DNA from: an uncultured delta proteobacterium
Lineage (GTDB): Bacteria > Desulfobacterota > BSN033 > UBA1163
Assembly: GCA_963708295.1 (NCBI GenBank)
Contig: CAVPSJ010000015.1
Coordinates: 224,001-288,000, forward strand
Length of the DNA: 64,000 nt
Direction: 5' to 3'
This document shows, piece after piece, positions 12,965 through 24,272 of the stretch. The notes below the pieces were generated by a model, which had not been told where the DNA came from, made no database searches, and worked only from the letters and a program-made list of their open reading frames with translations. The first letter of the stretch is position 1, and each line of letters starts with the position of its first letter. The translations under genes were made by a program, and so were the position numbers.

Positions 12965-13903
12965 GTGAACATATATGTTACCATCGATGTAGAAGTCTGG
13001 TGCGACAGCTGGTCCAATATAGACCATAGCTTTCCTGAAGCATTTCGGCGCTACATTTACTCCGGGCTCGTAAGGAACATTGCCATTCTTAGGGACTTTG
13101 GTATAAAGGCTTCCTTTTTTGTAGAACCGTTGTTTTCGTTGCGGCTTGGTTTGCAACCTCTTGTTGAGATAGTCGGTCTTATAAAGGAAGCTGGGCAAGA
13201 GATTCAGCTGCATTTACATCCGGAGTGGGCCGATGAGGCGAGACCCAGTATCTTTCCACAAGGGACACCAAAGCGACGGTATCTTCGACAGTTTTCGGCC
13301 GATGAACAGATTGCCCTGGTTGGCATTGGCTTACAGCAGCTTTACGCTGCTGGAGCCAATGGGGTAATAGCGCTCCGGGCTGGCAACTACGGAGCCAATT
13401 TGGATACTTTGCGAGCCGCATCATTCCATGGCTTAAGTGTTGACACAAGCTATAATCCCACCATGGGCTGGAATGAGTTTGGTCTCGGCTCCGGTTCGAG
13501 GTTGTTTCAACCGGTTCTCATTGAAGGTGTATACGAATACCCTGTCAGCTGTTTTGAAGATTGGCCAGGGCATTTGCGAAATACCCAAATCGGCGCATGC
13601 ACCTTTGGCGAACTCGCAGGTGCGCTCGACCAGGCTGAGAAGTCCGGCTGGAATTCATTTGTAATAGTATCCCACAATTTTGAATTAATGAATCGCACCC
13701 AGACGCGCCGCGATCCAATCGTCGAAAAGCGTTTCATATCGTTTTGTCGATTTCTGTCCAGAAATCGCGAGAGGTTCCTTTCGTCTGGCTTTGTGGGAGG
13801 CGAGTTTCAGGCATGTCCTCAACAGCCAGTGCCATTGCGTTCGCCAATATGGCGTACCATTTCACGTATGATGGTTCAATCTTTCAGGAGTATCTACGGA
13901 TGA
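12965..13903 (+). CDS. Polysaccharide deacetylase (CE4-like)
   Basis: YVTIDVE; EIQLHLHPEW; RAGNYGAN; DTSYN; VSHNFE. Confidence 0.85.
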   Translation: MNIYVTIDVEVWCDSWSNIDHSFPEAFRRYIYSGLVRNIAILRDFGIKASFFVEPLFSLRLGLQPLVEIVGLIKEAGQEIQLHLHPEWADEARPSIFPQGTPKRRYLRQFSADEQIALVGIGLQQLYAAGANGVIALRAGNYGANLDTLRAASFHGLSVDTSYNPTMGWNEFGLGSGSRLFQPVLIEGVYEYPVSCFEDWPGHLRNTQIGACTFGELAGALDQAEKSGWNSFVIVSHNFELMNRTQTRRDPIVEKRFISFCRFLSRNRERFLSSGFVGGEFQACPQQPVPLRSPIWRTISRMMVQSFRSIYG

Positions 13904-14842
13904 TGACCTCCGGAATGAGGCGAGTTCCGATGAAGTTTTACCTCGGGGAGTTGCCGCTCGCTCAGATATGGTTCACGGTGGATGTGTTTCTGATGGGTCT
14001 GCAGGAGCTTTTATCAGAGGACCCGGATAGATTGCGGGTGCCGTCGCCGAAAAATGGCGACGGAATATTGCTCAGAAGTTTTCCGATCTCGCGTTCCGCT
14101 AAGAGGGTTAGGCTGCAAAAGAACGGCATTTACTATATCTCTCAGACGTATCGAAGGTATTACACTGACCTATCCATAGGCTACACGAAGTATCTGGAAA
14201 ACTTTTCATCAAAATCCAGGGCGACCGTTAAGAGAAAGGTCAGGAGGTTTCAGGAACATTGTCACGGACAGATGTTTTTTCGGCGATTCAGCCGGGTTGA
14301 CGAAATGAAGGAATTCTACGACCTTGCCCGAAGAGGTTTCAAAGAGCAGCTATCAGGAAAAGCTCCTGGATGCAGGCTTGCCCGGCGACGAGGCGTTCTA
14401 TTCGAAGATGGTGGAGGATAGCCTGTCCGGTCGAGTGCGAGCATACTTGCTCCTTCATGCGGAACGTCCTGTTGCCTATCTTTATTGCGACAGCATCGAT
14501 GGAGTTCTGCTTTACTCGTATCTGGGCTACGACCCGGAGTATCGAGAATGGTCCGTCGGCACAATACTGCAATGGTTAGTGATGGAGGACTTGCTGCAAA
14601 GGGATAGGGCCTTTAAATATTTCGATTTTACTGAAGGGGAGGGAACCCATAAGGAGTTCTTTTCTACAGGCAGTGTTTATTGTGGCAACATGTTTGTGTT
14701 GAAGTTGAGTCTCAAATGCGTTGTTGTGGTTTTGCTACACATGATTTGGGAAAGAATCCTTTGGGGGATCAAGGTGATGCTGGATGCATCCGGCCTCAAA
14801 TCTAAGATAAAGAACCTGGTGCGTTTTGGAAGGATGAAGTGA
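13900..14842 (+). CDS. GNAT family protein (CelD/BcsL-like, Acetyltransf_6); frameshift near 14330
   Basis: YLENFSSKSRATVKRKVRRF; YLGYDPEYREWSVGTIL; FDFTEGEGTHKEFF. Confidence 0.8.
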
Positions 14843-14878
14843 TTAAGAAGATCCTGTCATCAGTGGGGCTTCACGCTC

Positions 14879-15996
14879 TTACTTTTTCTTCTTCAGCTGT
14901 TGCACGAAGGCTTGCAAATTCTCATTCATGAAGCCGCGCGAGGACGCGTACTGCTGGATGTCGAGACCGCCATAAGTGTTGAGTTCGAGCGCAACCGGGC
15001 CGGTCTCAGTGAAGGCGATATCCCAGTGCTGGACCTTGCAGCCCCGGAAAGCAGCGTGCCGCAGCCAGGCAATACTCGATTGTTCGCGGCCAGTTGGGTA
15101 AAGTGATACCAATAACCGGTTTGCCGGTGTTAGGGTGGAGCTTCGATTTCTTTCAGATCGAAGCCGACTCCGCCGCACACGCGCAGTACGCGCCCCGTCT
15201 CTGGATCGACGAAACCGGCCAGATTGCCGGTGGTCCCAAGGTGAAAGTTGTCGACCACGTTACTGCCGGTCGGCAGCTTCCAGGTTACCCAATGGATCTT
15301 GGGGCCGTCTGGCGTGATCAAGATGTTGACGCGGGCGCTCGACAGCCGGCCACCTAACATTTCGTCGATCAATGAATCGGACCGTAGCCACGCCTGCACC
15401 AGGTAGCCGGCGCTGCCTTCTTCCTCCACCACGCGGATGAACTCGCTTACCTTGACCGTGTCGTCACCGCCCAGCATGAAGGCATCCAGGTCGCGGTCAT
15501 AACCTTTGATCGCATACGTGCCAATGCCGTAGTGGCCGCGGCACGGTTTGGCGAAAAAGGGGAACGGCGCCTCGTTCTTGAGGTAATCGACAAAGCGCTC
15601 AATCGTGTTGAATTGCGGAAGTCCCTGAACCCCGCGCCCGCCACGGTCGAACACCGCGTAGGTCTCAGGGGTCGCCAGGTTCAGACCGCGCATGACGCTG
15701 TAGAAGACGAACTTGTCATTGGCGACGGAACGCCACGATGCGTCGTTGACGGTCTCTTCAAGATGTATCCACATTCGCCAGCCTGCGAATTCCTTCTTCT
15801 GCTTGAGATTGGTAAGCTGATCGTTGAAAAGCGCGAACTCGTAATACTCGGTTGGCCCCAGCAGACCTGGCCCGAAACGGAGCTGCATGATTTCGATCAG
15901 TTGAGATAGCAAGGATTTGCCGTACTCACGCCGGGCGCGCAGTGCGGACTTAAACAGCGGAGCGGCATAGTGCAGTCTTCTGACTAAGCTGGTCAT
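14879..15996 (-). CDS. Sugar-transfer-associated ATP-grasp protein (ATPgrasp_ST-like); frameshift near 15135
   Basis: NDKFVF; FAKPCRGHYGIG; YLVQAWL; VDNFHLG; HWDIAFTETGPVALELN. Confidence 0.8.
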
Positions 15997-16040
15997 AGGG
16001 TGAGTGATGTAAGTGATCAGAACTTGCTTGGGGTGGGTTG

Positions 16041-16069
16041 AATATACGAAAAAGAGGGTATTCTGTCAA
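16041..16069 (-). promoter_or_regulatory. Sigma70 promoter of the ATP-grasp gene
   Basis: TTGACA-17 bp-TATATT on the minus strand. Confidence 0.6.
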
Positions 16070-16237
16070 GAAAAATCAACTACAAAGAAATTGACCACAA
16101 GATAGATGAAAGATGGAATTGTATCACCGGTGCGGGAGACTATCAGGTTGCATATGACTTCCGCCTTTGCACCGATGATATTAGGATGATATTATTATGT
16201 TCGACTTTCGAGGGGAACAAAGGGGCGGGAACCTGAA

Positions 16238-17377
16238 GTGACCAAGCAAGACGCTTTCGAACAGCGATGGCAGATACAATTGCTGCGACCGGACAAGCAA
16301 TGTAAGCCCGGGTCTCGGACAGGCTTGATGGAGCATGATCCAGACTGGCTGCTATCGCAATGCGACCAACCCGATAAATCGGTACTGCTTTTCTCGGATA
16401 CTGAGGAGGGGGATATTCCGATATTCGTTCATCGGGTGCGCCTGGATTACAATCTCGGGGAATGGTCCATCGGTGGATTTTATGTCACGCGATACGTAAT
16501 TGCCGGGGGACTCAGTTATGTGAGCGAGCAATCGCTCAACAGAATGTTCAATCTGCTTGCAGGGTATATCAAACCAGACGGTGTGATATTCCTTCAGGGT
16601 TTGGTTTCCGGAGAGCCACTTTGGCGATTTCTTTGTGATCCTGTTCTGAAAAAGCACTTTCTTGTCCTACCCCATGGCCCGACCTATTCCCGTCGCCTCA
16701 TCCATCTCGAAGATTGTTTGGAGACCTATCTCAAGAGTATTGGCGCGAAGAATCGCAAGTCCTTGCGACAAACACGCCGAAAATTCGAAGAGGCTTACCG
16801 AGGACGTTTTTCGTATGAGGTTTACACCAGCTCCGAGGATATTCTAAACTTAGTAGAGGCAATTGAACCAGTTTCAAGACGCACTTACCAATCGAGGTTG
16901 ATCGGTCTTGGAATCAAAAAGGGAGGCTATGTTGTTAATCAACTGGCGGAGGGTGCCCGACGAGGATATGCCCGCTGTTATCTATTAAGAGTAGATTCTT
17001 CACCCGTGTCCTGGAGGCTTGGCTATGTTTACGGAGCGACATACTATTCCCATCATGTTGGCTACGATCCCGACTGGCGACATTGGCAACCTGGAATTCT
17101 AACGCATATGGCTGCAATAGAAGACCTCCTGAGCCATTGTCGGCATGTTCGGACATTTGACTTTCTCTATGGCGATAGTCTGCTAAAACGGCGTCTCAGC
17201 AATCAATCACGTGAGGAACGTCATTTCTACCTGTTCCCACGCCATACCAGGGGCACTCTTTCTTATGGATCCCTTCGGGTTGTCAACAGTATTTCAGGGG
17301 GGGTGGGTGGTCTTTTTAGAGCAATAAATAAATCTGAGCAAGTCAAGCAATGGCTGCGTCGCCGTACGGAGAAGTAA
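16238..17377 (+). CDS. GNAT family protein (Acetyltransf_6)
   Basis: YLKSIGAKNRKSLRQTRRKF; HVGYDPDWRHWQPGIL; FDFLYGDSLLKRRL. Confidence 0.85.
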   Translation: MTKQDAFEQRWQIQLLRPDKQCKPGSRTGLMEHDPDWLLSQCDQPDKSVLLFSDTEEGDIPIFVHRVRLDYNLGEWSIGGFYVTRYVIAGGLSYVSEQSLNRMFNLLAGYIKPDGVIFLQGLVSGEPLWRFLCDPVLKKHFLVLPHGPTYSRRLIHLEDCLETYLKSIGAKNRKSLRQTRRKFEEAYRGRFSYEVYTSSEDILNLVEAIEPVSRRTYQSRLIGLGIKKGGYVVNQLAEGARRGYARCYLLRVDSSPVSWRLGYVYGATYYSHHVGYDPDWRHWQPGILTHMAAIEDLLSHCRHVRTFDFLYGDSLLKRRLSNQSREERHFYLFPRHTRGTLSYGSLRVVNSISGGVGGLFRAINKSEQVKQWLRRRTEK

Positions 17378-17539
17378 CCAGCGATGTGCCTCTACGGGAT
17401 TTTCGCCCATAAATCACGCTGGGGCGCGTCATGCGGCGCCAAAGGCTTCTAAAAAGTGATGCTTCCGGCCCGAATTGCTCAGTAAATTCTTAGCCTGTCT
17501 TGCCAGCCAACGGTTTCCCGTCGGCAAAGGGGTGTAACG

Positions 17540-18237
17540 ATGCTTGATTCTCAGATGGCCGAGCGACTCAGTCTATTACGTGCAAGAGGCGGCAAGATAG
17601 CAGCTGCTTACTGGGTCCTGCGCGCAATCCTGCGCATTGATACCTACCGTTTCTATGCGATTGATCTGGCGGACTACGCCCTTGATGGTGAGGCCAACCT
17701 GCCCGAGGGTTATCGGTTTCTTAGGTTTGAGAACGCAGAGGGGATTGCGGGGTGTGATCCGACCATTTTAGAGAAAATCGGTAACAAATCCGGAAGGGGT
17801 GTGTCAAGCATCGTGGCCGATGGCGGCCGGGTATACGCCATCGTTTGTGATACGGAAGTCATTTGCCAGCTCAATATCAACTTCCAGCGCGGTCGGGCGG
17901 ACAGGCCGCTTAGAATGACGCTTGAGTTCGGGGAAAAGGACGCATTCCTGAGCTTTCGGGTACACCAATCCGGCTTCGCGACGGGGTCAATGGGCATTTC
18001 GACTGATCTCGCAAGTTTGCTCTCAGCTAAGCCAGGAGGGATGGTTGCGTTGCATATGTCACGTGCAGGCAACCAATGTGCAAGAAATCCTCCAGTACCT
18101 TCAGGCGTTGCGGTTGGAAGCCAGTTGCTTTTTTGTTTGCCACAACCGGTGGTCGGCTGCTAGGGGTGGTTCATCGCGCCGCAGCCCGGGACAAAGGGAT
18201 ATGCGTTCATGCCAAGCCGCAGCGGGAAAGAATTTAG
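17540..18237 (+). CDS. GNAT-like protein, frameshifted
   Basis: N-terminal ORF 17540..; after DAFLSF the shifted frame reads YTNPASRRG (motif-A-like), then CICHVQATN; end approximate. Confidence 0.5.
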
Positions 18238-18273
18238 GAGACTTGGCATATCGCCAGTCAAGAATGTCAAACG

Positions 18274-18498
18274 CTAAGGGATAAAGGGAGTCAGGTCTGG
18301 TGCAAGATGATGCTCGAAAAAGGAGCAGCTGCCACGTTGGGTCCTGTTGCTGAACCATATGTTCAGGGATTTCCAATACCAGATGTTTTCTTCGGCCTCT
18401 TGATCGATGGCCGCCTGAGCCTCGCCGAATGTTATGCTCTTTCCAATCCATTCTGGCATGGCAAATGGTCTTAATCGGAAATCCGCTTTATCGCCCAT
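18274..18498 (-). pseudogene. Possible fragment of an asparagine-synthase-like gene
   Basis: WFSNRTQRG...TPF resembles the NRTRR...PF segment of Asn-synthase-like proteins in EPS loci; short and isolated. Confidence 0.25.
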
Positions 18499-18636
18499 TT
18501 AAGAATGGAAACGGAAAAACATCCGCCCATGATGGCAGACGAGTAGTAATGGGTTATATCATTTGGATCCTCTTGAACGATGTATCCTAATATTGTCAGT
18601 CAGCGTGAAGATGCTTGGTATGCAGAGAGGTTTTGC

Positions 18637-19446
18637 GTGAGAAGTTGTAGAAACCAGAGCGTCGCACCAAAGTCCGGAGCGTGGGTGCCGTATGTTGTAC
18701 CGATGGCAATCTACATGGCCTTTTTGCTGGCACAGTCAGAGTGGCCGGAGGGTCTGGTGTGGGTATATCCACTGAAGACCATCGCCGTGGCCGCTGCGTT
18801 GTTCGGATTTAGGAAGAAGTACGAGGAGTTGAGGGTACCATGGTCCAGCGCTTCTGCGGTGGGCACCGGGCGGAATGTGCTCATGAGTTATACGTTGGCA
18901 GTGACGGTTGGGCTGGTAGCGATTATCGTTTGGATCGGGGCGGATCCTTTTTACCCGGGGACGACCAGGTTGATGGGGGGCAAGCCGTCCGTGCCGTTTG
19001 ATCCCACCTCGATTAAGCTGGTGGCATGGCGGTACATCTTCATCGGGTTCATCGCGTGATTTCGGTGCGCGGTTGTGGTGGTGGCGTTGATGGAGGATGA
19101 TTTGATCTGGCGCGGTTTTTTGATTCGGTGGCTTGAGAGGAAAGGAAGTCATGCTTGCCCATTCAAAGGGATTCCAGTGCGGGACATCAAACTGTTCGTG
19201 GAAGTCATTGCGGAATGCACGGTGGTGTTCGATTCGGCTTGGAACGCGCGAGCTTGAGTGCTTTGCTACCACGGCTTTGCGCTGGGATGAAACCGATTTT
19301 GACTGAGTGCTCATCTAACTAGAGCTGGTTGATAGCGGCAGGCGCAAGGACGCTACGGTTTCCGTGCGTTGCCTTAAGCGAGCGATCCACCAGCAATGCG
19401 GCGCTGGCGGCATGGGTCTGTGGCGGGGGGATGGAAGTTTTGGTGA
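18637..19446 (+). pseudogene. CAAX prenyl protease-related protein of exosortase/PEP-CTERM systems; 3' half degraded or error-rich
   Basis: WVPYVVPMAIYMAF; WVYPLKT; VVVALMED.LIWRGFLIRWL; terminal GWKFW-stop at 19446. Confidence 0.7.
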
Positions 19447-19462
19447 GTTTGCACCAAGAGAT

Positions 19463-21002
19463 ATGAAAAAAATAGTCATGTCCTTAATCCTAGTCATTCT
19501 GGGATATTCAGTGACGGTCAGTGTATGGCAGTGTCTCTCTAGTCCCCTGATCCACGACGAACATCAATTTATGGCAAGCGCTTTCATGGTAGCGCAATAC
19601 GGCCTCCATCCGTATCAGGATTTCGCGTATTTCCATATGCCGAATCTTGTTTACTTGTATGCGCCGTTCTTCTTCATTCCTTACCCATTCATGGCGGCAA
19701 GATTATTCGGCGTTATCTGCGCACTTGGAATCTGCTTGACGATTTTTCTAACTGCACGCTCCCTCTTTGCAGGACACGGAAAACTTAACAGCCTGATTAT
19801 TCCAGTATGCAGTGCCGCCTTACTCATTCATTCTCCACTGTTTCAGTATGCATCATCCCACGTGTGGAATCATACACCGTCCACCCTTTGCGCTGTCCTA
19901 GCGTTCCTTTTTCACTGCCAAGCTATCCGGGGCAACAAGCCATTTCTGTCCTTCTTTATGAGCGGCGTGAGCCTTGGAATGGCTATTGGGATCCGTCTGT
20001 CATTTGTTCCTTTGGTTGTTCCTTTCCTTCTTGCGGTTGTGGTTTTTCGTGCGGGTACAGTTAGAGACAAGGGACTGTATACGACTTGCGTTCGCGGTTG
20101 GGGGATTGCTCTCCAATCTACCCGCAATCTACTTCTTTTTCACTAGTTACCATAACTTCTTATTTGGGAATCTCGGATACGCCAATCTGAACACAATTTA
20201 CAGACAAGTGACGTCGTTTCCAGGACCGATGACGTTCACGGGAAAAGTGACAGACCTGATCAAGTCTGTTTTCGCAAAACCAGGTGAATTGCTTATCTTG
20301 GTGGTCACCTTATACAGTCTTGTCCTCTTCGGAATCGATACATTAAGGAACGCCGCGCGACCAAGGTTCGAGATTGTGTTTCTTCTGATATTGTTACCCT
20401 TTGCCTACGTTGGGTCTATGGTGCCCACGCCCACATGGTACTGGTACTATTTTGCCCCAGTCCCCTTTCTCATCTTGCTCAGCCTTTATGCTGTCTCGAC
20501 CCTTCGATGTTCGGCATTCTCAGAAGCGGCAAGTCTGTTTCTTGTGGTTGCGGTTCTCATTTCATTCGTCTATAGTTCTCCCCTCAGAATCGATTCTCCC
20601 ATCCGTGGACTCATGAGGCCAGAGTCATGGACTCCTATTAGTCTTCAAAAGGAGGCGGAAAGAATTAGAGCCTACATCGAATCACGGGGTGGGGAGGGTG
20701 AAGTTCTAACGCTTTCTCCACTTTACGCCATCGAGTCCGGATTGCCGATTTACAAAGAATTTGTTACGGGGCCGTTTGCTTGGCGTGTGGGTTACCTGCT
20801 CTCTGATGATGAGGCTGTAAACAGGGGCCTGCCGGTACGTTCACGAATCAATTCGTTCTTAAAAGAGAAGCATCCCCGTGCCATTTTGACAGGCAAAGAA
20901 GAGGAGCAGTTAGAGATACCCTTAATCAAGGGGGCTCAGCAGATCGGATATGAACCAGCGGTGACATCAATGGGTGTTGTTATATGGCTCTCTCCAAAAT
21001 AA
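19463..21002 (+). CDS. GT-C fold membrane glycosyltransferase (ArnT/PMT, GT39/83-like); frameshift near 20085
   Basis: HDEHQF..A; PYQDFAYFHMP; many TM helices; PTWYWYY. Confidence 0.75.
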
Positions 21003-21022
21003 CTCATCTTCAAGAACGCGGA

Positions 21023-21262
21023 TAATGAGTGAATAAGCTAAGTGAAAGTGCTGCGGTAATGCAGTGCTGCCGTCAAAAATTCAAGTTAAGAAGTTATTAG
21101 GTTACTGAGTGAATAAGTGCTGCCGTGTTGCGGTGCTGCTGTTGATGTTAAATTGTGAAATTTAAATTATAAGGTTTGGGTGTTAAGTTTTAAGTCAATT
21201 CAACATTCAAAATTTAGAACTTAGAATTTGCGGAGCATGAGTGTTGAGTTCTGAGTTAATTT
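21023..21262. repeat. Degenerate periodic 7/8-mer array with internal inversion
   Basis: GTGCTGCG- and GTTAATAA-like 8-mers, then TTTTAAG/TGTTAAG 7-mers facing TTCAAAA/CTTAGAA. Confidence 0.6.
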
Positions 21263-21625
21263 GTTGAGGTCGGGATTTGACTTTGCAGACATTGTCAAAT
21301 GTGATGGTGACCTCTTCCTGAAAAGAGTGATTTTTGAGTTTTGTCCTTCGATACGCTCTTCCAAATGGTAATCAATTGTTGTTGAAGTTTCCATTCAATG
21401 CTAATATACTCTTCTTAAATAAGGGCTGATTATGAGGCATTTGTGAAAGCCGATTTCTATAAACCGCCTATTATCTGTTTGAATTCTATCTATGATTTTC
21501 CCTTCAACAAAAGACGCTGAGTCTATTTTTGTTTTGATTGGACTCATCGGAAGGGTTTGGATGTTTGAGAAAAGCCAGATGAGAAGGGTTTGAGGACAGG
21601 ATAAGCTTGGCTTAAGAGGTGCCCT

Positions 21626-22462
21626 GTGCAGAACAAAAAGTTCATTCTCAATTTCACGCCAACTGGTATGATCCCAACCAAACAAATGACTCCCCATGTA
21701 CCTATAACCCCTGAAGAAATTGTAAATCAGGTGTCTGAAGTAGCGACTTTAGGGATCAGTATGGTTCATCTACATGCTCGAGATCCTTTCACTGGTGAGC
21801 CAACATACAAAAGGGAGATTTATGCAGAAATCATTCATGGAATTAGAAATAGGCACAGCGATTTGATCTTGTGTGTTTCGACTAGTGGCCGGACATTTAG
21901 TGAATTTGAACAACGTTCTGATTGCCTCAATCTTGATAACGAATTAAAACCAGATTTAGGGAGCCTGACGTTGAGTTCCCTCAATTTTAACGAACAGGCT
22001 AGTATCAGTACACCGCAAATGATCCAGGACCTTGCCGGAAAGATGTTAGAGAGGGAAATCAGACCCGAACTGGAGGCGTTTGATATTGGCATGATCAATT
22101 ATGCCAAGTATCTCATCAAGAAGGGGTTGATTAATCCGCCCTATTACTTCAACCTGATATTAGGCAACATTGCTTGCGCCCAGGCAGATATGTTGCATCT
22201 AGGGATGATGATCAGAGAATTGCCAGATGGATCGATCTGGTCAGTTGGGGGCGTTGGCAATTTTCAGCTTAAATTGAATGTGATGGGTATCGTCTCTGGC
22301 GGTGGCGTGAGAGTCGGATTGGAAGACAATATTTGGTATGATGCAGAGAGAACAAGACTTGCTACTAACCGTGAATTGGTTGAGAGAATAGTGTCTATCG
22401 CTGAGAATCTTGGATGCAAGCCGTATACGCCTCATGAAGTCAGAGGGCTTTTGAGACTTTGA
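21626..22462 (+). CDS. Beta-keto acid cleavage enzyme (BKACE / Kce, DUF849 family)
   Basis: PHVPITPEEI; HLHARD Zn motif; STSG; PELEAFDIG; RVGLEDN. Confidence 0.9.
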   Translation: MQNKKFILNFTPTGMIPTKQMTPHVPITPEEIVNQVSEVATLGISMVHLHARDPFTGEPTYKREIYAEIIHGIRNRHSDLILCVSTSGRTFSEFEQRSDCLNLDNELKPDLGSLTLSSLNFNEQASISTPQMIQDLAGKMLEREIRPELEAFDIGMINYAKYLIKKGLINPPYYFNLILGNIACAQADMLHLGMMIRELPDGSIWSVGGVGNFQLKLNVMGIVSGGGVRVGLEDNIWYDAERTRLATNRELVERIVSIAENLGCKPYTPHEVRGLLRL

Positions 22463-22479
22463 ATATTGTGGAGGTACCA

Positions 22480-22647
22480 ATGATTATCGGGGAGATCATT
22501 AGGCAAAATCCCATTGTGCGATATATTTACGGAAAGTTATCGTCGATCGTGCTAATAAGACCTTACTATCTCCAGCAGGAAGTTTTACGCTGAAAGAGGA
22601 TGAAGCTTATTTGTTCGACGCCCGAACCTTTAAAGCTCCGCAATTAG
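22480..22647 (+). pseudogene. Internally deleted remnant of a GNAT paralog
   Basis: RBS GGAGG + ATG; IRPYYLQQE joined out of frame to LKEDEAYLFDARTFKA; these match motifs about 90 aa apart in the next gene. Confidence 0.65.
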
Positions 22648-22670
22648 AGATAGGGTGGAAAGGTTAAATC

Positions 22671-23339
22671 ATGGAAGGACTGATTAGCATTTTCCAAAAA
22701 ATAAGGCAAAAATACCAGTACGGTCTGGTTATGGAAGTCATCCTTAGCAACATCGCAGAGTGGGGGCTGTTTATCAATCCTTACTACGTCTTCCAGGAGG
22801 GTTTTTTCGGCGAGAAACACAAGGAATTTAGACTTGAATTTGAAAAGTGCGAAGCCACTTATCTCGGGCCAGAAGACATGAGGGAGATTGATTGCATCGA
22901 CGGTCGAGACATTTCTGAGACGACCCTTTGTGAGCGGTTAAAGAAGGGGAATAAATGCTTTGCAATCAAGATCGACGGTAAGATTGTAGGCTTCACCTGG
23001 TGTAATCTTGACTTATTTGACCACCCGCCTAATGAAATCAAACTTAAAGAAAATGAAGCGTATTTATTTGACGCTTATGTCCTTAAGGCTTATCGGGGCC
23101 TTAATATAGCTCCTTTCATGAGGTACAGTCTCTATCAGGAGCTTGACAAAATGGGGCGCAGCGTTTTGTACAGCACTTCGGGTTACTTCAACACCTCGGC
23201 GATTCGGTTTAAGAATAAGCTCGGCGCTCGGGTAGTTAAACTCTTAATTTATATCAAACTGGGGAAAAGATTTCATTGGCATTGGAAACTAAAGTCCTAC
23301 GAAAAAGTGTGTCCACAGCAGACACCTAACAATGGCTAA
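22671..23339 (+). CDS. GNAT family N-acyltransferase
   Basis: EAYLFDAYVLKAYRGLNIA; NTSAIRFKNKLG. Confidence 0.8.
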   Translation: MEGLISIFQKIRQKYQYGLVMEVILSNIAEWGLFINPYYVFQEGFFGEKHKEFRLEFEKCEATYLGPEDMREIDCIDGRDISETTLCERLKKGNKCFAIKIDGKIVGFTWCNLDLFDHPPNEIKLKENEAYLFDAYVLKAYRGLNIAPFMRYSLYQELDKMGRSVLYSTSGYFNTSAIRFKNKLGARVVKLLIYIKLGKRFHWHWKLKSYEKVCPQQTPNNG

Positions 23340-23589
23340 AAGATTGACATCCAAATGCTCCTGCAATTCTTTGAGCCGTGAGCGTTATGCTCGCTTTTTA
23401 GTGGTAATTCTTGGTTCCCGATATTCGAAAAAAATGAAGACTTGTTGATGCTATGCTAGATTGCTAGCCCCCTTTATACTGTCTCCATTAGCCCAGCAAC
23501 TCGACAAACCCAGTTAACCTAATGAACCCAAATGACTCAATTTATGCAGTGGTCTTCCACTGCCCGATTTTTGTGCGGATAAAAACAGG

Positions 23590-23630
23590 TTGACAATACA
23601 TATTATTTGTGATAATTTGGATGTATAATT
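23590..23630 (+). promoter_or_regulatory. vapBC promoter/operator region
   Basis: TTGACA at 23590; GATAAT and TATAAT downstream; inverted ATACAT...ATGTAT. Confidence 0.45.
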
Positions 23631-23650
23631 AGGTAATATTTGGAGGTATC

Positions 23651-23845
23651 ATGAAGACGACTTTAAACATACCTGACGAGATCATTAAAGAAGCTATGTC
23701 ATTATCAAAGCACCGTACAAAAACGGAGACTGTTATTATTGCCCTCCATGAGTACATACGCCTTAAGAAGGTAGAGAAGATCCTGGGGCACGAAGGAAAG
23801 CTTGAGTTTAACGACACGTGGGAGAAAAGTCGCCATGCCCGATAA
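23651..23845 (+). CDS. vapB: Type II antitoxin VapB (RHH)
   Basis: MKTTLNIPDEIIKEAM...TKTETVIIAL; overlaps the PIN gene. Confidence 0.85.
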   Translation: MKTTLNIPDEIIKEAMSLSKHRTKTETVIIALHEYIRLKKVEKILGHEGKLEFNDTWEKSRHAR

Positions 23846-24233
23846 AGTTCTTATCGACACATCCGTTTGGGTTGATTTTTTTAGAAAAAAGGAATCCCTT
23901 GTTTCCGTAAAGGTCCGAGAATATCTAAAATTGAACCAGGTGTACTATGCAGGGCCCATACTGGTCGAACTTTATCAGGGTGCGAAGACCCAGCGCGAAA
24001 TTGAGATCATCGATCAGCTCTTCGATACGACTGTCTACATCGACATTACACGGGAACACTATCATCATGCGGGGATGATCGGCCAGAGGGCAGCCCGAGA
24101 AGGAAGGGTTTTCAGCGCGATCGATATGATCCTTGCCGTATTAGCTCACGATAGTGGTCTCTCACTCTTTTCACTGGATCGCCATTTTCAGGATATTTCC
24201 AGATACTGCGCGCTGTCGTTAATAACCTCATGA
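23835..24233 (+). CDS. vapC: PIN-domain toxin VapC
   Basis: VLIDTSVWVDF; ELYQG; DMILA; SLDRHF. Confidence 0.9.
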   Translation: MPDKVLIDTSVWVDFFRKKESLVSVKVREYLKLNQVYYAGPILVELYQGAKTQREIEIIDQLFDTTVYIDITREHYHHAGMIGQRAAREGRVFSAIDMILAVLAHDSGLSLFSLDRHFQDISRYCALSLITS

Positions 24234-24272
24234 GTGAAGATTTAGAGCTACTAAGTTAATAAGTAAGTGAGG

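Noticed and set aside
17466-17480. Sigma54-like GGCCCGAATTGC upstream of 17540
   Set aside because: GG to GC spacing is 8 rather than 10
21262-21560. Possible gene relic upstream of the BKACE gene
   Set aside because: Only short interrupted frames with no recognisable motif
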